Shown: positions 1-13,299 of the stretch, piece by piece
Layout: each line of letters opens with the position of its first letter
Numbering within the stretch: position 1 is the first letter of the stretch
NCBI GenBank assembly: GCA_965153285.1
Contig: OZ229116.1
Source: Podarcis tiliguerta
Taxonomy: Eukaryota
Strand: one strand, 5' to 3'
Length of the DNA: 64,000 nucleotides
Translations under genes and position numbers: made by a program
The notes under the pieces: model-generated
What the model was told of the DNA's origin: nothing
The model's database searches: none
The model's input: only the letters and a program-made list of their open reading frames with translations

Positions 1-1289
1 ATACGGCGCTGACTCAATCACAGCTGTGGTGAAATAGTGGATTTCACCTCTGTATATACAAAGAGTGAACTCAGATGCTGAGTTATGACAGCTATGTAGC
101 CAAACTGGGGTTACTGAGAAACAAGAGGGAGCCATTCACATGCTCAGTGGGACCCTGGAGTTTGTAGAAGTAGGTGAACCCTAAGCATCCCCATCCCCCA
201 AACCAGACCTACAGGGACTTGGACACGATCAGAGGCCACAGAAGGCTGAGTGTTGGGCCATGGGGGATGGAATGGAAAACTGGGATAGGGAAATGCAATG
301 GAGTATCTTGAAAGTAGGCGTGGCTGTCTAGACTACTGAACAGAGGCACTCCATGCTGCAATGTATTATTGCAGGCCTTAGTGGATTTATAGGAACAGCT
401 CTCACTTCCACACTGGCTGAGAGAGGGAAGAGAGTGAAACAGAAAAGGCTGTTTGAAGGCTTGTGTGTACACTTCCAGATTTAATGCTAAATACATTGTA
501 CTTCTGGTCAACAAGCCACCACAGCTGCTAGAGGGCCGTGAACATTTGTGTCCCAGGCTTCTTAGACTTGTCTGTCCATGTACTATCTGAAACCAAAGCA
601 GGGGTTTGGTTGCCAGATGTGAAAATTTCCCCTCAGCTCTCCCACCCCACTAGTTGGTTTCTGTGGAAATGCCTGAAAAAGAGAACAGATATGGTATTTG
701 CTCTCAGTTTATGGCACCTTTTTCAGTAAGGGCCACATGCATAGCTAGTGACTATTAACATGGAATGTCTGTGGCAGTATAATAACACTGAAAACAACTT
801 CCATCGTCCCTGATCAGTATAATGATCCTGCTTCACAGATGCTGGAGATGAACACAGTCATCCTGGTCCCATTCATAAGTTTCCATTTCGAAGTTGTACC
901 TGAATGGTTGCCGACATCGGCTGCGGGATGAGATGGGCTCTTGCTCTGAGCCAGTAAATTTGCTAATACAAGGTTTCTCCTACACTGACGCTCATTGGTG
1001 TGTGGTGATGAAAAGGTGAAATAGAGACTATTGAGTTGTCACACTGAAAATATTAGTATTCTGATTTATTTCCTTTGATTGACACCCTTCCATCATGGAA
1101 GCCAAGGGGGCATAACATGTGGTTCCCAGGGTGCCGCCCAGATCCAGAGACCTGCTTAGCTTCAGCAAGGTGCCTTCAGACCACAGCAGAGAACTTTTGC
1201 TGTTCATGCACATGCCATGGAGACGGGATGGCCTGTGGCTTTGCAGCCCAGGCATATGCAATAAAAACACATCTCCGATTGTTACATAC

Positions 1290-1542
1290 CAGGGGTGGCC
1301 AACTCCCAAGAGACTGCGATCTACTCACTGAGTTAAAGACTGGCAGTGACCTACCCCCTTTTTGGAGGTTCAGGTCAAAGTTGCTGAGCTCTTTTTAAAG
1401 ATGAGGAAAGCCCCTTTTTGGGGGGATGTAGGGCGAAAAAGGGGAACCAAACTTGTTGAGCTTCTTTGGGTAGAGACAGTGATCTACCATAGATGTCCAG
1501 TGATCTACCAGTAGATCATGATCTACCTGTTGGACGTACCTG
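1290..1542. mobile_element. Non-autonomous hAT-type MITE, degenerate
   Basis: Ends CAGGGGTGGCCAAC ... GTTGGACGTACCTG form an imperfect TIR; subterminal GATCTAC/GTAGATC motifs; flanks ttacatac/ttatacat resemble a decayed 8-bp TSD. Confidence 0.6.
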
Positions 1543-2470
1543 TTATACATGATTGTCTACATGGAGATTTCCTGATTTTTTAAAATTTGTGAATCAGCCA
1601 ATGTGTTCTCAAAATGAATCCGGGAGATACCAGATGTTGATTAAACGGGGATTCTCTTCCACCTTCTCATCACCTATGTGCCAATACTTGTCACTAGTGT
1701 GTTAAGAAACACTTTCTTACAGGGGAGTCATTGGGTGATGTTTCCCTGTAGTCTTTTCCCAGACCTGGAGAAATGCGTAAAACTCTTTCCTCATTCCTTG
1801 CTCCAAGTCATCCATAGTGTCTGGCTAGCAGCTGGCTATCACCCTGGTCTTATCACGCACAGAAACCCAGCTACGAGGCATGAGAAAGCTCTAAGCAGAG
1901 AGTGCAAGGGAGTCATCCCCATAAACATGGCAAGGAAGCCTCTCCCCACTTAAGATGAGCACTCAGATAGCTGCGTTGCTTAAGGGTCTGGTGCTATCGG
2001 TACTCCCTCTTTCTTCTTTATATGGCAGCAACTGCATCCCTACCTCCGAGGCACATAATCAATCATCCTGAACATGAGGGCTGGTAATGGTTGCAGGATG
2101 GCTCCCCCCATAACTGTGTCAAAGCACAGCTCTGTTAAGAGAGCATCCCTACACCCGTTCCTCTAATAAGTCCTGAATTTATTTATATCTCATTTTTCTG
2201 CAGCTTTACTGAAAACTACTTAATAATAAAATGCAGTTAAAAAACAACCCACAGTCACTTAAATTAATAAAACTAGCAAAGACACAATACTTAGTTGGGA
2301 GACAAAGGCAAAAAGTTCAATCACCTATTAGAAGCCTGCTGGGGGGGGGGTGCTTTCAATTTCTGATGAAAGGAGCTTAGAGATGGGATCTGAAAAATCA
2401 TTGCAAGTGCCCCATCCTTTGTGCTTACTAGTGGAACAATTTGCAGTGGCCCCAAGGGAAGGCAGGTGTA

Positions 2471-2704
2471 CAGTGGTCCCTCGGTTTTTGAATGTCTCGG
2501 AAGTCGAATGTTTTGGTTTTCAAACGCCGAAAGCCAGGAAGTAAATGCTTCTGTTTTCAAATGCACCTTGGAAGTCAAATGGCTTCTGCTGAGTGTTTCT
2601 CAATTAAATTTGCAGACCACTCTTTGTACCTCGGTCATTTCGAACATTTCGGAACACGAACGGTCTTCTGGAATGGATTACGTTCGAAAACCAAGGTACC
2701 ACTG
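2471..2704. mobile_element. Tc1/pogo (Tigger-like) MITE
   Basis: TA|CAGTGGTCCCTCGGTTTTTGAA ... TTCGAAAACCAAGGTACCACTG|TA: terminal inverted repeats with TA target duplication. Confidence 0.8.
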
Positions 2705-3699
2705 TATTTGGGAAAAAGCTCATCTAAACATGACCTGGTTGCAGACCATTTAAGGCCTGAAAAGTCAATGCCAGAATAGGAACACAGAAAGCTGCCATGT
2801 GTCTGCCTGGTTGGGATTAAATTCCAGGTTTTGGGGGCTCCCCTTCATTTCTAAATTGTCTCCAGGCACTGGTGAATCACTTCCATTGCCCTCCCATAAC
2901 TGTGTCCACATGGCACCTCAGCCCCAACCTCCAAATGATCTCATCTATTAGTTTCATGTGTGCCTTACAGAGCAGGAGAAGCAAGATAGGATCTTGTGGC
3001 GCAGGCCAAATGCCCTGAGGTGGAGCAGCGCCTCTCAGCACCTGTGGGTCTGGGGAAGGAATTGAAGCGCTGATTCACAAAGCCCTGCCAGATGCTCCAG
3101 AAGGCGACCCCACCAGATGGGATCAATCAAGGGCAGAACAGGGCTGCATGCCCCTTGTTTCAGTCCAGTGCAAGTCACCCAGCATGATGACCAAGGATAG
3201 CCGGGGGTTTTGCCCCTCCGAAGGGGTGTCATTGAGGCTCCCAGCCTCTGTGTGTGTGTGTACACAAAACTTTTTTGGTGATTGCTCGTAAATTGTCTTC
3301 CATGAGCACGGTCTTGTAAGTTACTGTGGAGGCCATTTCTTGATCCACGTGTTCTTCCATAGTGGAGATATAGCTTTCTGGGCGAGATTTTATCCTGGTG
3401 GGGGTTTGCCAAAGTGCCTTCCTCTTAGCTCATTTCTCCTTTCCGCCCTGAGTTTGTGCTTCTTCAAAGTCCACAACACCTTCGGTGAAGGCTGGAGCGC
3501 TTGCAGGCCAGTGTTTCCCAGTTATCAGTGCTTATACTACATTTTTTTTGAAATTGCCTTGAGAGCCTCTTTAAACCTCTTTTGATGCCCACCGGTGTTT
3601 CCCTTTACATTCTTAAGTTGGGAAGAGTAGTTGCTTTGGAAGACGATTACTGTATTAGGCATCGTTTCGAAAAACGGAAATACAGTGCGCCAATACGCC

Positions 3700-4950
3700 T
3701 AGGTGTGCGTGCGTGTGTGCCAAACTGAGTCTTTGACCTGGGTGAAAGTGAGCCTAGTTTCGCCCCGTGGCGTGGATCTGCCCTCTATGCCGGGGAGCAG
3801 CAGGCTAATCGCGGAAGCACCAGGGCCTCGATCCTCTCCGCGGTGGCCACAGAGGGTAAGCAAGGGGGGCAGCCAGGAGGCGCTCCCCCCTTCGCCAGCC
3901 TGTGCTCTTTCCTGCCCCCCCCCGAGATTGCTGAAGCCGCGCCACTCGGAGGTGGGGGCGCCTGGGGGCTGCCCGTCTCCCGCTTTCCCCCAGCCTCTTC
4001 TGCAAAGCAGGGCGAAGGAGGCGAGAGTCTTCCTCGCGGTTGCCTGCCTCTCTCCCCGGAAACCCACGTGGCGGGGCGAGGCCTCCCTCCCGAGAGAGGC
4101 CGGGCAGGGATTCCCTGTCTCTGCGCCCCGTCTGCCGTCGCCGCGCCCGCGGGCAGGGCGAGGAGTGCCGGCGACGTCACGGGGCGGCGGGACGGGGCGG
4201 GTCCCGAGGAGCCTCCTGTGGCGGCGTCCCGCCCCCTGGCCGCCTTCGGCGGGTCCCACGTGGGCGCGGGGCTTAGTCTGGCGCGGGCGAGAGCGCGGCC
4301 GAGAGCAGTGGCGGCGCGCCGAGCGGAGGGAGCCAGACCCGGAGCCGCAGCTGCCCTCGAGCGCCGCTTCTCCCCGCAATCGGGCTTTTCTGTCGGGATC
4401 GAGGGGCAGCATGAGGGCGGCGCTGGTCCTCTGGAGCGTCCTTCTGGCGGCAGGTAAGAAGGGGCGGCGGCAGCGGACGGACGGACTCGGGCGCCCCGGG
4501 CGAAAGGGAGCCCCGTGGGGATGCCCTCGAAGTGGGGCAGGCGCGCTCCGCGTCTTTGGCCTCGGCGTGGAAGAGATCCCGGCGAGTGCGCGACTCTCTC
4601 CTGTTAGCCGACGGGACGGACGAGCTCTTGCCTCCGCCTGAGCCGCGCGTCGGATTTTCGGTCGCACAGAAAAGAAAGGGACTCCTGGTCGCTCTTCCAG
4701 CCCAAGCGATGCTCGCTCGGAATCCCCTCCCGCTGGCGCTGTCTGCTCCGGCTTCGCTGCACCGCTGCCAAATTTAGCCTGTTTTGATAGCCGATATGGT
4801 GCCCAGATAGCGTTGCGTGGCTGGGCTGGGTGCAGGCGGATAATTCAGTTGCAGGAGTCCCGCCGGGGGGTGTCCGAGAGTTTTTGCCCGTAAAACGTTA
4901 AATCCCGCACCGCGGTGGAAAGCGCCTCGAGGAAACTTCTGCTGAACTCC
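3700..4950 (+). promoter_or_regulatory. HBEGF: CpG island / HBEGF promoter and first exon region
   Basis: Very high GC and CpG density around ATG 4411; GC box GGGGCGGG 4194-4201; E-boxes CACGTG 4065-4070 and 4257-4262; CRE-like GACGTCA 4173-4179; kB-like GGGATTCCC 4107-4115; no canonical TATA. Confidence 0.85.
4411..4453 (+). CDS. HBEGF: Pro-heparin-binding EGF-like growth factor, coding exon 1 (signal peptide MRAALVLWSVLLAA)
   Basis: ATG in CpG island, hydrophobic signal peptide, donor CAG|GTAAGA in phase 1; the joined exons give 627 nt = 208 aa + stop. Confidence 0.88.
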
Positions 4951-5244
4951 TGCAAGTTTCAGGCATTGCCGAGTCCGAATGTTTTTTTGGCTCCCGAGGT
5001 TGAAAACCCAGCCTGCAAATATGCATGGGAATAACAGTGAGACAGGAGTGTCGTGTGTGGCTGAATTGTCTAGACTTGTATTCTGCGCGGGCATCACCGT
5101 GTTGGCGGAGAGTGCTTGTGATGCCTCCGAAACATCTGGGCACACTGGCATGTGTGAATCTGCTAGGTATTAATGCACTTGTATGGAAGTGAAAAATGTG
5201 TCTGCCTTTCATACCTTGTTTTTTTGCCCTGTCTTTGGGGAGTA

Positions 5245-5245
<1 letters not shown>

Positions 5246-5294
<49 letters not shown>
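5246..5294. repeat. Compound (GT)n(GA)n microsatellite in HBEGF intron 1
   Basis: Direct reading. Confidence 0.95.
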
Positions 5295-5424
5295 CGTAAG
5301 TGGCTTCTCCCCCCCTCTCCCCCCAATTTTCTAATTGCTCTTGGGCAGTTGTGTGATGAAACTGTATGAAAAGCTGGGGCAGGGAGTTGGCGGCTGATGA
5401 TTCACCCAAGATCCTTGTTTCCAG

Positions 5425-5607
5425 GTTGGCCCATCCTGGTGAAGGGGGAAGAGCTTGGCGGGCTCAGGAATGAAGTTTACCACCAGGAAGGCAGAGAGGA
5501 CCTGGCAAGCGTCCAGTTACTTCCGGCCAGGGAGGCTTTGGAGCATGAAGGAGAGAGAGGTGGAAGTGTGTCGTCTGCGGGGGACAACTTCAGTGAACTC
5601 CCTCGAG
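5425..5607 (+). CDS. HBEGF: proHB-EGF coding exon 2 (propeptide GWPILVKGEELGGLRNEV...GDNFSELPR)
   Basis: Acceptor ttgtttccag|G, donor GAG|GTGAGT, 183 nt, phase 1-1, open frame joining exons 1 and 3. Confidence 0.88.
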
Positions 5608-5835
5608 GTGAGTCCAGGGGCACCATGGGGGAAGACATACATGTTTCTCAGCCACCTGCCTATTAAGGGAGGGAAGCGGTATGGGGCGGGGGGTGAGTGG
5701 TGCAAATATTAGGAGGCGATTGGAGGATCCTCTGCAGGATCCAGGTCTTTGAGTGTCTTATCTAGTATGCAGTGATGGGGAAGCAGAGAAATTGCCTGTC
5801 CTGAGTGTCTTTGCCCCTAGTTACATTCACTAGCC

Positions 5836-6004
5836 AGGGGATGCGGGTGGCGCTGTGGTCTAAACCACTGAGCCTCTTGGGCTTGCCGATCAGAAGGGTG
5901 TTTCTGTGTGCTCTGGCTTCCATCACGGTGTTCCATTGAGCACCGCACCCCATAGTCGCCTTTGACTGGACTTAACCGTCCAGGGGTCCTTTACGTTTAC
6001 ATTT
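5836..6004 (+). mobile_element. Sauria SINE, internally deleted
   Basis: tRNA-derived head GGGATGCGGGTGGCGCTGTGG, ACCTTT-like tail; 15-bp TSD TTACATTCACTAGCC at 5821-5835 and 6005-6019. Confidence 0.85.
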
Positions 6005-9000
6005 TTACATTCACTAGCCGCCATATAGCATAGGGACATTGTTTTCATGTCATATTGCCATGCTAACTATAGCTATATATATATGTTGCCCAGTCCAATC
6101 ACTGGTGGCTCCATGATGCTGTAGAGAACCTCAGGCAGTTCTGAACTAGGGGACCATGTTCTGAAGTAGTTCCATATGACATCTTTTTATGGATTATTTT
6201 AACCTTTGGGGATCAAATACACCTCAGCCTCCTCAGAAGAGGCATGAAGAATTATATGCTTTATGGACCCTATAACAGTCCAGGGAACAAATTAACTTTC
6301 ACCCTCCTCATTGTGCGGTTCAGCTTTTTACCTGTCTTGCAAAACACATATGCATGGCTGTGTCCTTGTGAGGTGTGTTTTGCTGCTTATCCTGAAAGGT
6401 TAAGCATTGGTCCCTCTGATGGAGGGTGCCAGGCTTAGTAGTCCAAGAGACAGGTCCACTCTTTTAATTCTGGTGTTACAGGTTTGCCTTTGTTGTCTTT
6501 TGCCTCCACCACAAACACATTAAATTGGGCACAAAATTCAGTTGAACTTCAGCGAAATTTACTTCCACTTAAGTCTTCTTGGAATTGGTAGCTTCTCGTC
6601 TCTGAGATTTGTTCCTGGGGGGATGATAAAGTGTGGTAGGAGTAGAAAATGCTAGAGAAGTAGGAGAGTTAAAAGCGGGTGACTTGATCTTTCATATTTG
6701 CTTCAGAGTTGATCATTTCTGTTATATGCTAACGTTGAAGTTCTGCAGAGATGAAAGTCTGGACTGTTTTGTGTGCACAGCCCTGGCTAATAGAAGTGAG
6801 TCCCCAGGACAAGGGAGGCAACCAGGCTGGAATGTTCGCACGGAAATTCCTGCCTTATTTGCTTGATGTCACAGTGCGCTGATGTTTTAGTAGTTCCTTG
6901 TTTCTATTTTCTGAGCTCACTTTTACCCTAGAGGGCCCCAGTGCCTTTTCTGAGCCAACCACACATTCCAGCTGCCCACAAGACCTTAGAGCTGCATCCT
7001 GTTCTGCCCACAACTTTTTGTCCTTTTATCAAGTGCAACCACTTTCCGCAAAGCCTCTGCACTTCAATATAATTACAAAGTCCGATAGCTGCGGGGTCAG
7101 GGGACTTTGGTGAAGTTGCCATGAAATCCTGGGGCTTCTGTCTGCTGCTGTGGAATTTGGAAAGTGTGGCTATGCCGAGTTGCTACTTCATCTGCTACAG
7201 GATGGTTCCCACCCTCTTGTGTGGAAACACAACATGCTTTGCTGGAGACATGATGATTTCATGCTCTCCAGCTTCACAAGTGCTCTGGTGTGGTCATAAG
7301 CTTACCAGATCACTCCTTAATTTCTTCCTCGTTAACTATTTCTCTCCAAGGACTTGAAAACCTGGCAAGCTCAGGATTTCCCTCATGCTTCCTCCTTCCA
7401 TTGGCGAAACGTCCTTCCTCTTCTGAAAAACATTGGCCGTCACTGGGCTTCCATAGCAACAGTATTCTTCGGTACAATAAAGCAGGAGAGGCCTTTTGGC
7501 ATTTGCACTGTACTAGGGAATTCTGGCCACAGAGAAAGCTGAGTGAGAGGAGATTAACTGCTGGGTGATGGTCTCAAAGCATGGAAAATGAGTTATTTGA
7601 CGCCTTGTGTTGATTACTTTGTGTGGGTTGATCCAGGCGGAAGTATTAACTTTCCAGCCTGTGGGTGCTGTTGGTCGGAGGTGGGGATCCACAGATGACT
7701 CGCTGCCTCCCACCCACACAGCGCAGCTCCTCTTACCTTGCTCAGCTTAGTCACGAAGGTTAAGTTGTGCCATCTTGGGGGTTTGGCTGGCTTTCTAGTT
7801 CTTCCTCTTTGCCCATTTATGTCCTGAATCTCCTTGCATGCTTTCTGCTAAATCTGGAGGCACCAGAAGAGTCAACCTTGGGAAGAGCTCTGAGCTGCTG
7901 CTGCTGCTGCTAACCAGGTTGATTGATGAAGACCGGCAGAGTTGCATCTTCTTTCAGCAGGGCTGACTGTGCTTCTGTCGAGTCTCTTTTCATCTTTCTT
8001 TCAATAGTCCTGTCTTTCTTCTCCTTAATCTTGGCCGAGTCCTAATGTCTTTTGACCCAAGTGATGGGATTGGGGCCCTTGGATGTGTGTGCAGCCTTCC
8101 TCCCCTTTCTCACTGCTGCACGTCATTCTTTCTTGTCTCCATATTTTGCTCTTTTTAAAAAAAATAAATATCTATTTACATTTTAACTTTTATTTTCTGA
8201 ATACCTTTGACTTTTTTCTCCTTCACTTCTAACTTTCCTATTCTCCTCCGCAGCTGCTTTTCTTCAGTTCCCTATTCCATATATTTTTGGGGATTTGTGG
8301 TAGGGTGAACAGCATCAGTCTTCAAATTCAGAGCACCTGATAGATCTGGAAGGCAGGACTTTGTGGTACTTGGTGGGCTGAATAGTTGGTTAAGTCACAA
8401 TCCCTTTATCTCTTCTACTTTCAAAACATTTTTGGACCGTTCAGTGTTTATCTGATCTAACATTTCAGCTAACTCTGCCCCCCTCCCCGCCCCCACCTGC
8501 CCCTTCAAGGGATTAACTGCTCTGTAAGTTGATGGGCATGAAGAACGGAAGAGCTTTTAATTGCAGCACGACAGAAACAACCCCTTGAGATCTGCATCTG
8601 GTTTCTTTCATCTGGGCTTCTGTCCAAACTTTGGGCCACTATGAAGCCTATCTTGCTACAGAACCTGAGGCCTGTGTGGAAAGGTGACTTTATCAGGCAG
8701 CAACAGATGCAATAGTTTGGAAGGGTTGGTTTTGTCAATCATTCTAATTTCCACTTAGAATAGATTTGGAAAGAGGAGAGAGCAGTGGCCTTCGAGTACA
8801 TGGTGGGTGGCCAATGACCTACATTGCAGGTGAAGCGGCCCTGTGTGGGAGAAGCTGAGCTGCACACAGGATACTGACAGGCCCCAGTATTGTTAGCCGG
8901 AATGCCTGGGAGAGGGCGATAAAAGTTTGGCTTGTTCCTTGGCAAAGCGGCTCGGTGCAGAGCTTCCTGCTCCTTAGGGAGGCTGACTCCTAGCACACAG

Positions 9001-9580
9001 CTATTCAGGGAGGAGGGGGCAGGACGGGGGGCTGCCAATAATAGGAGGGCTCGGAGTGCAGCAGCAGAAGCCTCCTGATGGGGCCGAGGGGAATTGTAAA
9101 GGGCCTTATGGCTCTGTCTGTCTAGCCTCGGCTTCTGCACCTCGCAGGGACTCAAAGGGAAGGTTCCCCTCCCTCTGAAGGAATATGTATGACTCGAAGG
9201 GATGGCTCACTGATTGGTGCATGTGGTGGGGAGCACCAGCTGCATCCGGCTGCCAGGTGCCTCTACCTGTATGACACACCCGGTGATAACTGCACGAGCA
9301 CTTGAACACCGACCTTGAAAAGGAGAAGCAGCTACTGGCCTCAAAGTCTTAACATGTGGCCCAGTGGGAAAGTGGCCCTAAGTCAGCCAGCAGTTAATCA
9401 CAGCAGAATTAGTTGCCCCCATGCTGCAAAATGCCTGGAATAGGAGCATGATGCTTTGTGCCTGCCCTTTTGCAGAGGCCAGCGCGTACAGCGTGGCAGG
9501 CTCATGTTAGTGTGCACCTTGATCCTGCCTTGATTTCCAGTAGCATGTTTGTGCACTGGAAGTACTGCATGTGTTTGAAC

Positions 9581-9728
9581 CAGTGGCGTAGCGTGGGGGG
9601 TGCAGGGGGGGGGCTGCCTCACTGGGCGCAACATCTGGGGGCTAGGGTTAGGGGGCGCAAATCCACAGGTTAGGGAGCGCAAATTACTTGCCTTGCCCCG
9701 GGTGCTGACAACCCACGCTACGCCACTG
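9581..9728. mobile_element. hAT-type MITE (148 bp)
   Basis: Perfect 17-bp TIR CAGTGGCGTAGCGTGGG / CCCACGCTACGCCACTG; 8-bp TSD GTTTGAAC / GTTCGAAC. Confidence 0.88.
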
Positions 9729-10762
9729 GTTCGAACAAAGCATTGTGCTCAGAGACCTCTGCAGCATGCAGGGGAAAGAGGAAGGGCTATTCCTAGAATG
9801 AGATCTCAGTTGCTTTTCAGGCACTGTGAGCCCTATCCGGAATGCACAAATAGCAGCTTAGACCTCAACATGTTCAAACAGCACTGGCGCAGCGGAGAGG
9901 TGGGGCGAATCACAGAAATGACATTGTGGGGCCCCTTTGCTGGGCCCAGCAAGCCCATGCACCAAACTTGGGGTGACACAGAGATAGGAGGGCTCCTCTT
10001 CCCTGCACTTGAAGCAGCTTTGGAATAGAAGAGATGTTTTGTTTGCAGTTTTGCACCATCCACCGCCTGTCTTGTCAGCTGCTGTATGAACTCCCTGAAC
10101 ACCCTGCAAATGGAACAGGAAGGATGTGGTGAGGAGGGTGGGATATTGGAGTCGAGGTAGAGGAAGTCGGACACCAGAGTTCAAGGGAGCTCCAGCGCAG
10201 AAGCACCAGCAGCACTGAGGAAGTCACGATTGCTGGGCTTCCAGTAAACTGGAGGGAGGCAGAAGGTAGATTTGGAATGGACTGGGAGACCCACAGTTTT
10301 GCAGTAGATTGGCAAGTTCTTCTGACTTCCAATTGACAAAAAAGTATTTCCCCCAACGAAAGCAAGCTGCTAAAAATGTTGATTGAAAACCAGGAGTTGA
10401 TTTTTGTGGGAGCTCAGTTTTAGTATCTGAAACTAATTCTTGTGGTGAATATGTGCTCACAGGTGCCCCATTCCTTAATCCCAGGTTCTTGGCTGTTTCC
10501 CCACCCAATTTGTACCAGTTGGTGGACCTCAGAGGTTATAGTAGAAAATAAAGTAGGTTTCATACTCCTGAAATCTGCCCACCCTACAGAGCAAATGATC
10601 AGATCAGATCTAGTATAATTAGAGGTTTGTGTTTCTTAAGTGGCATCACAGCTGAATTTTATTTTCTTGAACAAAGGAATAGGGTATATTGACTATTGTA
10701 GAGCATTGTTTGTCTAATTAATATATGGTAACATGAAAATGGTGTTTTCTTTCTTTTCCTAG

Positions 10763-10934
10763 TTGCTTTCCTTTCCAATCCACAAGAACCTGTGATTCCA
10801 GTGAAGGAAGGGAAAGGAAAAAAAAGGAGGAAGGGCAAAGGGAGAAAGAGAGACCCCTGTCTGCGAAGATACAAGGACTATTGTATTCACGGAGAATGCA
10901 AATATCTCAAGGCATTAAAACGCGCACATTGCAT
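10763..10934 (+). CDS. HBEGF: proHB-EGF coding exon 3 (heparin-binding basic segment and first four EGF cysteines: VAFLSNPQEPVIPVKEGKGKKRRKGKGRKRDPCLRRYKDYCIHGECKYLKALKRAHC)
   Basis: Acceptor ttcttttcctag|, donor AT|GTAAGT; characteristic HB-EGF K/R-rich segment followed by DPCL..YKD.CIHGEC. Confidence 0.97.
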
Positions 10935-13299
10935 GTAAGTTCATCACGGTTTTCCTGTTCTGGGGATGGTCTTTGCAGATAATCAAAACAAATATATATG
11001 GTTTTCTTTTCACTGTGGAGCATGTTATCCTCCAGTAGCTCCCTAGAACAGCGCAATAGCTGTGCTTCAGGGTTATTTTCCTTTTTCAATAAGGAAGAAA
11101 GAGTCAAGTACAGGTGCACTGTGGTCTTGGAGAATGGGAGTTTGGTCCTCAAAGACCTAAAAGAAAACCCCTGTATATAACAGAGACTAGAGACTCCTTC
11201 CGGTAGCACCCTGGTTCAACAATGAAAGCTCAAATTTAGTAAGAGGTGGAGAACCTCAGTGCAGTGATGGCTTAGAACCTTTGATTGAGTTTCTTCCAAG
11301 TGACTGAGTTTTCATTTGCTGAGCAAATCCTTTTTTCACTAAAGATACAGGCTTATGCAAGAAGCTGGGTGGGCAATTTCAGAAGTGTAGGCAACTTTCT
11401 GGTTCTGCTCTGGACAACAAAGTTGAAATGAGAAAATAAATTAACAGCAGAGATGGCAAAATAGAGATCTAGCAAATAAGGCGCTGGATTGGGTCTGGAG
11501 AGTCTTGGAGTCAACTCATTTCTCAGCTGCAAAGGCGTGGCTGCCCCTACCTAGCACACAGGAGTGTTATGAAGATAAGATAGGGAAATCTCCATGTATG
11601 CATATAATTTGATTTCATTGCAATGGAGAAATTGGAAGTTTTTACTACCAAGGTGACTACAGTAAAATGCTATTTGTCCTTGCTGCAAATAACATAACTA
11701 TTCCCAGCTATGAAAATACCTGTGATTATCCATTCTAAAGCACCCCCTGCCCTTTAGCTTTAGGCTTTACTTCTCAGTTTCCTGCAGACCACCAAGGGGA
11801 AGCATCTCGCGCCTAAGTGCAAGCTGTAGCATCTTCAGGAAACTGAGCATCAGGAATGTGCTTTGTGCTCCCCATACGGAGGCTTGATTTTCTTCAAGTC
11901 GACTTGTTTGTCAGTGAATACCTCCAATGGCAACAACAAGATTGGTAATGTTTTGCCTTGGGAAAGCAGTTGTTTCCCCTGACCCTGAGCCCCTTATCCT
12001 TACAGTTTGCAAGCGCGTTTACAGGGTGGCGTTACCATACAGTATGCTGTATTATGAATTCCAAATCAGTTTTGCCTTACCAAGCCCTCTTGCGCTCTCA
12101 GACATGCAGAGCGATTTTGGGACTCTCTGCCCTTCCCTTGGCAGATGGCTGCTGTTTTGTTGTCTGCTGCTTTTATTATCATTTCCCCTTTGGGCCCATC
12201 ACGTCACTGCTAGAATAGGGCCATGCATCATGTTGGCTGGTGAGCTGAGGTCGCTAGTGCCTGGATCTGGGCAGCAGTGAGAACTGGGAGGCTGGGGTCT
12301 GCATCATCCCTCATCATGCCATTCTCCCTTTGGCTTCCTTGTAATCTGAGCATTGGAGCTTGAAGATGACACTGATTTGTGGAATGTGCTGCTTTCAAGC
12401 AAGCTCTTTCTAAGCATCAGACATTTGAGCTGGGTGTTTGGAAAGACCCTCTTTCCTTCCTGATTGGGCGTCAGTGCAAAGCTGGTTCTATGTTTTTTTG
12501 TTTTGTTTTGTTTTAGTTTTACTCATCCAGGCAGGGGGTGGGAATGTGTGGGAAGATAATTTGGGGAGCTGGCCCCATCAGGTTCTTTAACTGTGTGAGT
12601 AACTGTCAGGACAAATTAACAAGAGACTATCACTTACTCTCTTTAAGAAGTGTGCTCTGTCCCCAAAGAAGAATGAAAATATTCCTACTGTTGAGGGTAG
12701 GAAAATGGGAAAGTGTGAGTCAGCTGTGGCAATTCCCCTTCTCTTTGAGAGTGAAAATATTAAGTATGTGGGTAGAGATTAACAGCCCGATGGATGCAAA
12801 AACTCTCCTTTTAGCCAAGCCTTTGATAGCTGGAGGAAAAAATCTCTAGCCCTTGCTGAGATATTGCACTCTCAAAATTCCTCTGGGGTCTGTAACACAG
12901 GGAGACCTAAATAGATTTCCAGCAACGATTCTGAAAGACAACTGTGTGCAATTGTCTCCAGAGGCTGCAACTCTTTAGTAATTTTTAACGTAATGGCTTT
13001 AATGACTTAAATAATACTTAAACTAATGTCAGTGTATGTGTCTTACTGATGTTAGCCATGTATAGCTGATGGAGTAAAGGCACAAGAGTTCATTGCATGA
13101 GTTCTACCATGTAATACCAGATTATATCAGTGGGAGGGGGGTGGAAAAACAGGTGTGTTGCACTTTGAAATATGAATAGCCTTTTGAGCATTAAACTTAG
13201 ATGAAAGGAGACCGTCATATCAATGTGACTAGCTATCATTTTATTGCTACGGTCTGGAACAAGCCTTATACATTGTTTGCTTTTCATCTGCAACTCTAG

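Noticed and set aside
1-3500. Search for SLC4A9 exons, expected upstream by human synteny; TGACG plus ATTGG motif near 986-998
   Set aside because: No recognisable anion-exchanger peptide on either strand; the motif pair alone is too weak to call a promoter
3699-4667. Long overlapping ORFs of 322, 312 and 204 aa
   Set aside because: Pro/Arg/Gly-rich products expected from stop-poor CpG-island DNA; only 4411-4453 fits the HBEGF splice structure
10998-11180. Intron 3 ORF with Ig-like-looking ENGSLVLKDL
   Set aside because: Short, no convincing splice sites or rest of an Ig fold; likely chance
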